From an uncultured virus (IMG/VR IMGVR_UViG_3300037189_006336) (lineage: Duplodnaviria > Heunggongvirae > Uroviricota > Caudoviricetes), in the IMG/VR virus record IMGVR_UViG_3300037189_006336, positions 1 through 64,000 of that record: a DNA stretch of 64,000 bases. One strand, written 5' to 3'. The translations under genes and the position numbers were made by a program. Below, one piece after another: positions 19,918 to 30,900 of this stretch (position 1 is its first letter; each line of letters starts with the position of its first letter). Under the pieces are notes generated by a model. It had not been told where the DNA came from. It saw nothing but the letters and a program-made list of their open reading frames with translations, and made no database searches.

Positions 19918-21381
19918 ATGAAAAGTGAATTTTTAAAGATAGCAAATGTAAAGACTCAGAAAGAGTTTTACGATAAATACCCTAATGAAGCTTCTTTCTT
20001 TGCGGCTCATCCTGAAGCTAAACATCTTAAAACTATGGCTAGAGGTGGAAGCGCGTCTGGTAATAAACAACAGCAACAGATTATGCAGATAATCCAAGCT
20101 TACGCTAAAGTTTCTGGATCTGATCCTAGACAGATTATGCAACAGTTACAACAGATGCAGCCCCAACAACAACAACAAGCTTTACAACAAATGATGCAAA
20201 GTCTACAGGGTCAAGGTCAACAGATGATGGCTCAACAACAAGGACAGCCTCAGATGCAAATGGGTGGTGGATTGAATCATTACGATACAGAATACGCTTA
20301 TGGTGGGTATACTACACATCCTTATCAAGTTGATAATCATCATTATCAAAAAGGTGGACAAAATAGTGATGCCACGTATGTAAAAAGATCTGATAATCCA
20401 GTTTTTGTAAAAAATCAAGATCAACCATTCAATAGTAATCCAGAGTCAAATTTTCAAATTGGTTATAATGTTTTAAAAAGTCTTCCTAAATTAGGATGGG
20501 AAAAACTTAATGTAGATATGCCTGTTTATACATTTAGTAAACTAGCAAGACTTGGAGAAAAGTTAGGAGCTGAACCAAATAAAGATCTTTTTCCTCAAAG
20601 TCCTTATTATAATTTAACAGGAGCTCAACGTGAATTAAAAGAGTTAAATGATTTACAAAAACAAAGATGGTCTAAAATTATAAAAGGAGAGTATTCTGAA
20701 GGTGGATACTATATGGGTAATGATGGACAAAGACATAAATCTACTGGAGCTAATTGGAGTGGTAATGCTTTTTATGCTGATGGTGGCTCAGCTCCTTTAG
20801 AATATCCTCATATGTTTAAGTATCCTCCTTATTATGAAATAGGACCACATATGGCTTATGGTGGATATTATCAAGATGGTGGACAACAACCACAACAAAG
20901 TCAAGGTGTAGATCCTCAACAGATAATGCAAGAGATAGCTCAGAAGTTACAACAAGGTGAAGATCCAAATCAGATAGTACAAGAACTTGTACAAGAAGGT
21001 GTACCACAAGATCAAGCTCAACAAATGGTACAAGCTGTTGTTCAACAGATGCAACAACAACAAGGTGGTGGACAAGATCAAGGTCAGTCTGGTATGAAGT
21101 ATGGTGGAATACATATTAATCCAGCTAATAAAGGTAAGTTTACCGCAACTAAAAAAGCTACAGGTAAATCTACAGAAGAATTAACTCATTCTAAAAATCC
21201 TATTACTAAGAAGCGCGCTATATTTGCTCAAAATGCTGCTAAGTGGAAACATGAAACCGGTGGACAATATGGTGGACAGTATATGCAAGATGGTGGTATA
21301 TCTATAGGACAAACAATGGATGTTACTCCAGAACAAGCTCAATACCTAAAACAAATGGGTTATACATTTGAAAAATTATAA
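19918..21381 (+). CDS. Gln-rich modular putative cargo protein with [YM]xxGG repeats
   Basis: Ten [YM]xxGG motifs, two Gln-rich helical modules and a basic module IHINPANKGKFTA...KRAIFAQNAAKWKH. Confidence 0.6.
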   Translation: MKSEFLKIANVKTQKEFYDKYPNEASFFAAHPEAKHLKTMARGGSASGNKQQQQIMQIIQAYAKVSGSDPRQIMQQLQQMQPQQQQQALQQMMQSLQGQGQQMMAQQQGQPQMQMGGGLNHYDTEYAYGGYTTHPYQVDNHHYQKGGQNSDATYVKRSDNPVFVKNQDQPFNSNPESNFQIGYNVLKSLPKLGWEKLNVDMPVYTFSKLARLGEKLGAEPNKDLFPQSPYYNLTGAQRELKELNDLQKQRWSKIIKGEYSEGGYYMGNDGQRHKSTGANWSGNAFYADGGSAPLEYPHMFKYPPYYEIGPHMAYGGYYQDGGQQPQQSQGVDPQQIMQEIAQKLQQGEDPNQIVQELVQEGVPQDQAQQMVQAVVQQMQQQQGGGQDQGQSGMKYGGIHINPANKGKFTATKKATGKSTEELTHSKNPITKKRAIFAQNAAKWKHETGGQYGGQYMQDGGISIGQTMDVTPEQAQYLKQMGYTFEKL

Positions 21382-21386
21382 GAACT

Positions 21387-24300
21387 ATGAAAATAAGAAT
21401 AACAGGACAGGGTTTAAAGAAAGCTCAATTTCTTAATAGTCAGATTGATACTCCTCAACAAAACTGGAAAGCTCCACAATCATTACCTAATCAGAATCCA
21501 TGGATGTCTAATAGTTTTGATTGGACTAGAAAACCACAGGGAGAATTGGATGATGAACCTAAATCTCCTAATTTATCTAATATACCAAGAGTAAATCAGA
21601 CAGTTAATCCAAGATACGCTAGTGTATCTATGGATAATCCTATAAATTCTTTTTCTCAATATGCAGGTACTCAAGCTAATACTGAACCTTTTCAACCTAA
21701 AACAACAATCACACCTAGAATACCACTACCAGCTCAAAGTATAATGGGTGTTAATGGTAGTGTTACAACTACTGGTAATGTAGGTGATTCGATTAATAGT
21801 TATTCTACTGTACAAGATGAAGATAATTTAGATGAAACTAGTCCAGAATTAGTTAAAGAAAATCCAAAACAAAACTCAAAACCAAAACAAAAAAGTAAAG
21901 GACTAGGTATGGGTATTTATAATACTTTAGAACTAGGTAATGCTTTTGGAAATCTTATACAACAACCACAAAAACAAAGAGACTGGTATAAAAAGTTTCG
22001 CGATAGTAATCTAACAGATAATGCATATGCGGTTACACCTGGTAATGAATCAGGTAATAGAGGAGACTATGATATAAATAACGGTATGTTTAGACCTAAT
22101 GAGACTGGGTTTAAAAGTAAAGGAATGTATACTAATAACTTTTCTACACCTCAAGCTCAGTTTGGAACAACAATAAATACCGACCCTGGTTTTGTTACAG
22201 ACAATATAGTAGGTGGAAATGATTATTCTTCTTTAATACTATTAGGCCCAAGTTCAACATATGGACCTAAACCTATTAGAAATAGTGATGTATCTACGCA
22301 ACACTCATTTATAGATAATAAATCTAAAGGTAGTATTAGTGTAAGAAATAATAATCCTGGTAACATGATGTATTCACCATTTACAAAAAAGTTTGGAGCT
22401 GAGCCAGGTAGTCCTAGACCAGATGGAGAACCAGGTAATTACGCTTATTTTCCTGATTTACAACATGGATTACAAGCTCAAAAAGCTTTGTTAACAAATA
22501 AAGGATATGCTAATCTTGATCTTACACATGCTATAAATAGATGGATAACAGGTGATGTAAATAGACCAGGAGCTTATACAGCTAATACAATAGCGCCATC
22601 TTTAGTTCATAAAAAAGTTGGTGATCTAACTAATGAAGAACTTGATATAGTTCAAAAAGGTATAGTTAAAAATGAAGATACACATTTATATAAAATTCTT
22701 AAACAACAAGGTATTTTTGATACCGGAGGTGAAACATCTAATATGAAAATATGTATAACAGCGGGCCCAGACTCTATAGATCACATGGCCTATGGTGGAC
22801 AAAAAGGATATGGATTTGATTTAGGTCAACGTAATACATATTCTAAAATGAATCAAAGTTCTTTTGCTGACGCATCTAACACTATACAAGAAGTTCCTCG
22901 TGATGAAGCTAATATAGAAGCTGAAAAAGGAGAAACTGTATATGGTGATCTTGATGGTGATGGAATATTAGAACAAAAGATGATTGGAGGAAGACGTCAC
23001 TCTGAAGGTGGTACAACTCTTAATGTTCCTGAAGGAAGCTTTATATTTTCTGATACTAAAAAGATGAAGATTAAAGATTCTAATATATTAAAATATTTTG
23101 GAAAGACATCTGTTCCAACCGGTGGTATTACTCCAGCTGATATAGCTAAACAATATAACATTACAAAATATAAAGCTATATTACAAGATCCATTATCTGA
23201 TCCTATTGCTAAGAAGACCGCTGAGATGATGATCACTAATATGAACGCTAAGTTATCTAAACTAGCTGATATACAAGAAGGTATGAAAGGATTTCCTCAA
23301 GGTCGTCCTAAAGTAGCTACAGATCAAGAACAAGAATTAGAACAAGCTGCTTATGGTGGATATTTACAAAAGTATCAAGGAGCTACTGGGCCATCTACTG
23401 TATCTACTATTCCTTATCCTTTACAAACAGCCACACAAAATAGTCAATCTAGTGGAACAGATTATGGTAATATTAATGGTATAATGAGAGGAGCTGATTT
23501 ACATTCTAAATATCCTTGGTTTAAACCTTTTAATGTAGCTAATACAAAAGCTGGACATACAACACCTACTAATCAAGATTCTTTATTTATAGGAGATAGT
23601 GAAAGTCAATATGAAAGACTTCCTTATTGGGAAAAACGTCACGGTTCTCCTTTTAAAAGTATGGATGAATTACAAGGTTATATTTATGATGAACATGAAA
23701 AAAGTGATCCATCTGTTATTAATAATATGTGGAATAAATATGGTGAAACTTATCATGGTCCAACAAATAGAAAAGGTTTTGTTGATAATAAACCTGGACG
23801 TAGAACATTTGATCTTTTAAATGAACCTATTTGGGATAAAGAAAAAGAAATACCTCAAAAACACGATATGACTTATGATGTTGTAGATAATAGTAATAAA
23901 GGTACAATACCTAATGTACCAGGTTTTACACCTACTTCTAATAAAGCTATTCCAGATCGTGGTCCTTGGTGGTTACAAGATAAGATAAACTTAACTAATG
24001 CTACAGCTAACTGGGCTGGTAATAAAAAGTATCTTCCTTATATACCTGATGTATCATTACAACACGCGGCTCCTACATTTGAAGATTGGAGAGGACAAGC
24101 GGGAGCTTTACAATCTGGTTATCAAAATAATGCTAGAGTAAGTGGAATATATGGACCATCTAGCGCTTTAAACTCTAATCTAAGTTCTTTAGCTGGTCAA
24201 CAAGCTGAACAATTAGCTGGAGTAATAGGTGGTGTTGGTGCTAAGAATACAGCTACAGCTAATCAGTTTGCTGAATATAACACTGGTCTTACTAACTCAG

Positions 24301-24773
24301 AAGCTGCTCAAAGAGCTCAAAACAGAACTAAACTTTGGGAAGGTAATGTTATTGCTAATCAACAATATGATAATGCTAATAGAGAAGGTAGAACTAACTT
24401 TGTTAATGCACTTAACCAAGGATTTACTAATGCAGCTAACACTTATAATTTGAATATGTCTGAACCATATTTTAGATCTAATCCATCATCTGGTGGTTTT
24501 GGTTATTTTGTTGGACCAGGCGCCCAAAATATGTTTAATAAATCACGCGGAATCGGTACAAATGAAAATCAAGATTTCTTAACAAAATATAATGATGAAT
24601 ATAAAAGAGCTAATCAGATGTTTGCTCATATAAGTGATGCTACAGAAAGAAATAATAGAATCAATCATTATCTTGATAACTTTGCTAAGATGCACACAGA
24701 AACCAATAGAGCTACCACAGGAGCTTGGGGACAACCTAAAGGATACACCGAAATAACAAAAGGTTTCAATTAA
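21387..24773 (+). CDS. Putative ejected cargo protein with a lysozyme-like (RNNNPGN) domain
   Basis: SVRNNNPGN...YAYFPDLQHGLQA...INRW at about 22340-22560; NIEAEKGE...GGRRHSEGG...FIFSD module; FDTGG and MAYGG motifs. Confidence 0.65.
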   Translation: MKIRITGQGLKKAQFLNSQIDTPQQNWKAPQSLPNQNPWMSNSFDWTRKPQGELDDEPKSPNLSNIPRVNQTVNPRYASVSMDNPINSFSQYAGTQANTEPFQPKTTITPRIPLPAQSIMGVNGSVTTTGNVGDSINSYSTVQDEDNLDETSPELVKENPKQNSKPKQKSKGLGMGIYNTLELGNAFGNLIQQPQKQRDWYKKFRDSNLTDNAYAVTPGNESGNRGDYDINNGMFRPNETGFKSKGMYTNNFSTPQAQFGTTINTDPGFVTDNIVGGNDYSSLILLGPSSTYGPKPIRNSDVSTQHSFIDNKSKGSISVRNNNPGNMMYSPFTKKFGAEPGSPRPDGEPGNYAYFPDLQHGLQAQKALLTNKGYANLDLTHAINRWITGDVNRPGAYTANTIAPSLVHKKVGDLTNEELDIVQKGIVKNEDTHLYKILKQQGIFDTGGETSNMKICITAGPDSIDHMAYGGQKGYGFDLGQRNTYSKMNQSSFADASNTIQEVPRDEANIEAEKGETVYGDLDGDGILEQKMIGGRRHSEGGTTLNVPEGSFIFSDTKKMKIKDSNILKYFGKTSVPTGGITPADIAKQYNITKYKAILQDPLSDPIAKKTAEMMITNMNAKLSKLADIQEGMKGFPQGRPKVATDQEQELEQAAYGGYLQKYQGATGPSTVSTIPYPLQTATQNSQSSGTDYGNINGIMRGADLHSKYPWFKPFNVANTKAGHTTPTNQDSLFIGDSESQYERLPYWEKRHGSPFKSMDELQGYIYDEHEKSDPSVINNMWNKYGETYHGPTNRKGFVDNKPGRRTFDLLNEPIWDKEKEIPQKHDMTYDVVDNSNKGTIPNVPGFTPTSNKAIPDRGPWWLQDKINLTNATANWAGNKKYLPYIPDVSLQHAAPTFEDWRGQAGALQSGYQNNARVSGIYGPSSALNSNLSSLAGQQAEQLAGVIGGVGAKNTATANQFAEYNTGLTNSEAAQRAQNRTKLWEGNVIANQQYDNANREGRTNFVNALNQGFTNAANTYNLNMSEPYFRSNPSSGGFGYFVGPGAQNMFNKSRGIGTNENQDFLTKYNDEYKRANQMFAHISDATERNNRINHYLDNFAKMHTETNRATTGAWGQPKGYTEITKGFN

Positions 24774-24826
24774 ACCTGATAAGTTTGGTTTTAAACTTTA
24801 AAAATTTTTTCTTAATATATAGTATA
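24771..24826 (+). promoter_or_regulatory. Conserved 56-bp intergenic element, copy 2
   Basis: 42/56 identity to 11111-11166; begins at the upstream stop codon and ends at the ATG of the 24826 gene. Confidence 0.6.
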
Positions 24827-27800
24827 TGGCAACTTTTTTGAGTGGTATGACCGATATAAACTCGGCTCCCCAATTATTCACACCCGATTATAATTTTTTA
24901 AGATATACATTAGAAAAACGCACTCAAAACTATGAACAAGGTTTGAGTCAAGTATCTAGTGCTTATAACTTTTTAAATAGTGAATTATCTAGTCCTATTA
25001 ATACAGAACGTAGAAATCAATATTTAAAAAACGCTCAACAACAATTACAAAGTATATCATCATCTGATTTATCACAACAACAAAATGTTGCTGCGGCTAA
25101 TGATGTATTTGCTCCAATGGTTAATGATAAAGCTTTTTTGTTTGATGCTACAGCTACCGCTAATAATAAAAAACAATTAGCTGAAATGGAAAACTGGAGA
25201 ACTTCTTCAAATATTGAAGAACGTAAAAAGTTTAATCAAGATATTTATAATTGGGTTAGAAGAGATATGGATAGTCTTAGAAATGATAAGACTGGAGATA
25301 TATCTAAATATAAATGGGAAGGTAGAAAAGCTTTTGGATATGTTGATCCTATAGAACTTGTTGAAAAAGCAGCAAAAGATCAAGGTGTTAAGTTTGAAGA
25401 TGATATAGATGGTGGTACATATATATATACTGTGGAGAATGGAGAGATGCATAGAAAAAAGTATAAAGCTTTTGCTAAAGAAGTTTTAGCTAATAACTCG
25501 GTTTTTCAACAACAAAATCAAATACTTGGACAATCTAGATCTGAAAATCTACTCGAATTAGTCAAATCTAAACCTGAAAATATTGGTAAATCAGATGATC
25601 AGATAAAATATGAATATGGTTTAAATCATTATGATCAAGCTAAAACTATAAAAAAAGATTATTTAAATAATTTAAAAAAAGAAAATGAAGATAAACTTGC
25701 TGATTTAACAACAGCTAGAGCTGTTGCAGGTAATCTACCAGATGGTTCTTCACAAAAAATGTTAGCTGTACAAAAAGCTAACGCTTTAGAAATGGAGTTT
25801 AATAATTTAAAATCTCAATATGAAGATGGTTACAACTCTTTTATTACACAATTTGGGAAAGATGATGATCCTAATGCTATAAGTAAAAGATTAGAATATG
25901 GTGAATCATTTAAAGGTAGAGGTGCTGAACAAATATTTACTAATGAGTTTCAAGAAGACGCTGTAAATAAATATGCGAATCTTAGATCGTCTTACGGTAC
26001 TAAAAAGATAAAAGAAAACCAAGCTTATTTTAAAGCTAATGATGAACTTAACAATAGTATTAAAAATCTAAATAACTTTTTATTACAAAGTAAAGGACTT
26101 GAGATTAAACAAGAAGGTCAAGATCTTAAAGAAAGACATGAGGATTTTATAGAGAATTTAAAAACTGGTAAATTACCTGGAGCTGATTCACCAACTGGAG
26201 AAGGAGCTACAGGTAATGGTAAAAATAAAGTGAGTAATGTTTCATCTTATGGTGGAACTAGTGCTACACAAATTAGTATAGTAAATAGTTTAGATAATCT
26301 TAAAACTCAATTAGGAACATCACTTAGTGCATCTCTTACATCTTTAATTGGAGGACCGGGTGCTGGTCAAGGAGCTATAGGTATTCTTCCATCATTAGGT
26401 ATAGACGTAAAACATATACCAGCTTTAAGGTCTTATTTTCAAAAAGCTCTTTCAGCTAATGCAACAGATGGTCATAGTATTACATATGATCAGAATGAAG
26501 CTAATGCTCTTAATGCTTTAAATCAAGGATTAAGAAACTATGCTGTACAAACTGGTAATAAAGATTTAGCTGATAAAGTAGCAAGTGAATGGAAAAAATC
26601 TTTAGGTACAACAGATTGGACAGGTATGTTAGATCTTTGTATTCCTAAATTAAAATGTACTGAAGAAAACTGGAGATATATAAAACAATATGAAGATCAT
26701 AAATCATTAATGAGTAATACACTTCAGTTAAGTACTTTAATTAATTCATCTGAAAAAGCTGTTGTTTCTCAGTTAGCTAAAAATATAAAAGTTAATCCAG
26801 AAATTAGTAATCTTTTAACTGATGATAATACTAAATTAATAAATCAATTAACAGTTGAAGGGTGGTTTAAATCTAATAAAAAAAGAATTGAAGATGCTAA
26901 TGGTGGAATACCACTTACTGATTCAGACATAAAAGAAATATCAGCTGCTTTTATAAATGGAAAATTAAAAGCTTCTACTACTACTTTTTTATTTGGCGCA
27001 AATATGGATGTTCTTGGTGGAGATCAAGAAAGTGCTACATTTAGAAAACTAGAATATAATAATAAAAAATTATCAATACCATCTGATATTTTAAGAGCTG
27101 AACCAGATGCTTATATAAAACTAAAAAAAGAAATAGGAACACGTTATCCTATTCCTGGATTAAGTAGTGATTTTTTACAAAAAGGAGCAATGGCCTCAGC
27201 TGTTTTTAATATTCGTGGTAAAGATAAAGATGAAACAATGAGTGATCTTGTTTCTGTTACTCAAGCTAACTCTGAAGTATGGGAATATAAAGATGGTACT
27301 GATATACCTACACCAGTAGCGCCAGAAGATGCTTTAAATATAAGAAGGATATTAGCTAATTATAAAGAAAATGTAGCTGATGAAGGTGTTAAGATTTATC
27401 CTAGATCTTCTGCTAACAATGGATTAGCTATAGAAGTTGTTTTTGATCCAAAAGAAAAAGATGATAGTAAATATAAAAAACGTTATTTATTTCCTATTAA
27501 TGTAGATCAAGGAAGTCCTGAGATATTTAAAATATACAATGAAGTAAATAAAGTAGATAAGTATTCTAGAATAAAAAATGCTGAAACATTTGAACCAAAA
27601 CCTATCTTTGATTATTCAAATATGGGAATAAAGATAGAAATGCAACCAGCTATGAAAGGAGCTGATCATGGCTCATATATAGTTTATGCTCAATTAGCTG
27701 ATAAAACAACAGGAGTGTATGGATCTGATCTTGTAAAGAGTCCTTATGATTATCAATATGATTTTACTAAAGAAAGTTTTGAAGAATTTGAAAATAGACT

Positions 27801-27927
27801 GATGTCAACTGTAATTAATCCATATATTGTAACTCGTATAAAATCAGAAAAAGATAGAGCTGGATCATCTAATCCAACAATACCATCTTATACATTACCA
27901 ACCTTTAACTATCCACTATTAAAATAA
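24826..27927 (+). CDS. Large putative ejection/inner-core protein
   Basis: 1033 aa, helical/coiled-coil, inside the cargo cluster; no catalytic motif recognised. Confidence 0.5.
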   Translation: MATFLSGMTDINSAPQLFTPDYNFLRYTLEKRTQNYEQGLSQVSSAYNFLNSELSSPINTERRNQYLKNAQQQLQSISSSDLSQQQNVAAANDVFAPMVNDKAFLFDATATANNKKQLAEMENWRTSSNIEERKKFNQDIYNWVRRDMDSLRNDKTGDISKYKWEGRKAFGYVDPIELVEKAAKDQGVKFEDDIDGGTYIYTVENGEMHRKKYKAFAKEVLANNSVFQQQNQILGQSRSENLLELVKSKPENIGKSDDQIKYEYGLNHYDQAKTIKKDYLNNLKKENEDKLADLTTARAVAGNLPDGSSQKMLAVQKANALEMEFNNLKSQYEDGYNSFITQFGKDDDPNAISKRLEYGESFKGRGAEQIFTNEFQEDAVNKYANLRSSYGTKKIKENQAYFKANDELNNSIKNLNNFLLQSKGLEIKQEGQDLKERHEDFIENLKTGKLPGADSPTGEGATGNGKNKVSNVSSYGGTSATQISIVNSLDNLKTQLGTSLSASLTSLIGGPGAGQGAIGILPSLGIDVKHIPALRSYFQKALSANATDGHSITYDQNEANALNALNQGLRNYAVQTGNKDLADKVASEWKKSLGTTDWTGMLDLCIPKLKCTEENWRYIKQYEDHKSLMSNTLQLSTLINSSEKAVVSQLAKNIKVNPEISNLLTDDNTKLINQLTVEGWFKSNKKRIEDANGGIPLTDSDIKEISAAFINGKLKASTTTFLFGANMDVLGGDQESATFRKLEYNNKKLSIPSDILRAEPDAYIKLKKEIGTRYPIPGLSSDFLQKGAMASAVFNIRGKDKDETMSDLVSVTQANSEVWEYKDGTDIPTPVAPEDALNIRRILANYKENVADEGVKIYPRSSANNGLAIEVVFDPKEKDDSKYKKRYLFPINVDQGSPEIFKIYNEVNKVDKYSRIKNAETFEPKPIFDYSNMGIKIEMQPAMKGADHGSYIVYAQLADKTTGVYGSDLVKSPYDYQYDFTKESFEEFENRLMSTVINPYIVTRIKSEKDRAGSSNPTIPSYTLPTFNYPLLK

Positions 27928-27931
27928 GTTT

Positions 27932-30900
27932 ATGGCAGATAATACAATTCAACCGTCTGGGCTTAGTCTACAATCTAATACATTAGATTCAATAGGTCAG
28001 ACAGGTAGAGATTTAGCTTTAGGTCAAATGAAGGATATAGCGTCAAGTTATACAAATGATACACCTACAAATCTTATCAATGGTCAAACAATAACTGATT
28101 TAATAAGTAAAACTAGCGCTAATCAAGCGTTAAATACATCGTTACAAGGTGGTATTGATTTAAATAATTCTAAAAAAAATAATAATCATTTTGATGTATT
28201 TGCTGCAGCTGATAAAATGAATCAAGAAATGTTAGCAGCTCCTCCATCATTTGACTTTTTAAAACAAAGTAAAGGAATTGGTACTGGAGAAGATTATTCA
28301 AGATATTCTCAATCTGGAAACTTTCAAGCTTTTGGTTATACACCGGGAGCTGGAGATAGACAAGAATATAAATACGGTGAAGCAATGACCTGGGGTGATA
28401 CCATTGGTAGAGCCATTGGGGGTGGTGCTAATTTAGCTTTAGAAACTTTTGAAGAAGGTTGGAAAGGTTGGGGAAGAATGACCAGCGCTTTATTTAATTG
28501 GGATTCTTCTAAACTTATGGGAAGTGAAGAAGAACGTTATGATTTATCTAAACAACAAGAAGATATATTTAACAAGTATGCACTATACGATACTAAAGAT
28601 TCTAAAGATAGTGTTTGGAACCGACAGTTTTTTGGTAGTATGTTACAACAAAGCGGTTTTGCTATAGGAGCCGGTTTACAGTTTGCTTTAGAAAGTTTTT
28701 TAACAGCTGGTGTGGGTACTGTTTTTGAAGGTATAGGTGTAGCTAGTATGGGATCTAACTTTATAAAAGCTAGTGAGCTTATTAATGATACTCGTAAAGT
28801 TTCTTCAGAATTATTAAGATCAGAAAGAGTTACATCCAGTATAGCTAATATAGCTAAAGAAGTTGTTCCTCTTTATGGAACTATTGATGAAATGTTAAAG
28901 CTTAATAAAGCTGGAGCTGGAACTTTACAATTAGCTATGACTGGTATAGGAGGAGTTAAAAGAACTCTTAGTGAGTTTAATATGGCTCGTTCAGAAGCTA
29001 TATACGAAGCGGCTTCTACATATAAACAATTACAAGATAAACTGGTAAATAATTATATACAAGAGAATGGTAAAGAACCTAGCAGTGACGATTTAGAAAA
29101 AATAAAACAAACAGCTGAAAACGCATCTCATGATAACTTTTGGGTTAATATGGGAGTGTTATCTGTTATGAATAGAATGCAGTTTGATAATATGTTTAAA
29201 AGTTTTAACTCTACAAGACGTATATTCAATGAAGGTGTACATGAACTAGAAAATGAAGCTTATAAAGTAAGTATTAAACAAGGTGAAAAAGAACTTGAAA
29301 AAGCTTATGCTAAACATTGGTTCTTTGGTAGTCTTGGTGCTGTACCTGAAATATCTAAAGATTTTGGTAAAAAAGCTGCAGCTTGGGAAGCTACTAAAAT
29401 ATTAGGTAAAGGGTTAATGAAAATAGAAGGTAGTGAAGGTTTACAAGAACTTATACAAAGTGCTTCTGACAAAGGTCTTGAAGATTACTACTATGATTTA
29501 TATCATGGGTCTAAAGGATATGGTGACACCAGTCTACAGAAACGTTTAGATAAATATGATTATATTAAATCTGGTTTTATTGATCAAGTTGGTAGTGAAG
29601 AAGGTTTAAAGACGTTTTTAATGGGAGCTTTAACCGGAGCTTTATTATCTCCAGGATCAAAAGTTATTGAACATGTAAATGAACTCAGAGCTGATTCTAA
29701 AGGAAGAAAAGAAGATGCTGAATATCAAACAAGATATCAGAGAGCTAAAGAAAATATAGCTTTAGTAAATGAATGGTATACTAGTGATAAAGCTAAGTTT
29801 AAAAACGAATGGATTGCTAATATTAAAATACAAAATAAAGCTGCTCTATCAATGGAAGAAGCAGCTAAAAATCATAATAAGTATGTATTCTACAACTATA
29901 AAGATAGCGCATTTGCTAAAATGGTTGGTAGCGCTATAAAACTTAATATGTATGATTCTGTAAGAGATAGTATTAAAGAATTAGGTGATGATATAAAAAC
30001 AGACGAAGAATTTAAACAAGCGTTTAATATGGATCCTACAAAGGAAAACCGTAGTAATGTAAAAGCTTTTATGAATAATATTGCTGGACAACTGGATGAG
30101 TATTATACAACCTATAGTAACCTTAAAGATAAGTATGGTGATATAGTAATACCAGAGTTATATAAGAATAATGATAAAGAAACATATAATCAAATAAAGT
30201 TATCTAAACTTGCTGTAGATGATGCTATAGAAATATTAACTACTAATGTTCATAAAGCTAAACAATCTGTTAAAAGAGCTGTAGCTTTACAAAAAGAACT
30301 TGGTGAAAACAAAAATATAGGAGGATCATCTATTCAAATTCTTACTAGGATGGGTAGTGAACAAGCTATAAAAGATAGTATTAATACTTTAACATCAGAG
30401 ATTAAGAATCTAGAACAATTTGATGGTACTATTTCTAAAGAACAAAAAGAACTTCTTAAATCTAAAAAAATAGAACTTGAATTGACTAACGCGTGGAAAG
30501 ATGCTCATGATTCTATTATGAGTAATGATGAAGAATCATTTTCTCCAGCTGTTGAAAGAAGAGCTTATAACACTTTTAAGGATTTAGTAAATCATTTTAA
30601 TGAACAGTCTAAATTATCTACAGTTCTTTCTAAAGAAGATGTAGATGATAACTTTATAAAATTTGTTGATTATATAAAACTCAATAAAGATAATAAAGCT
30701 TATGTTGATGCTGTTAACCTATTAGCTGATCCTAAAAACTTTAAGCTTGTAACAGCTTCTATGAAGTCAGCTTATGAAAAAGTAAATGAGATATTTCATA
30801 AAGAACACGTTGAAGAAATAAAAAAAGCTTCAGGTATACCAGCTGAGGATCTTAAAGAAGAAACAAAGACTACTTCAAAAACACCAGCTGCTACACCAGG

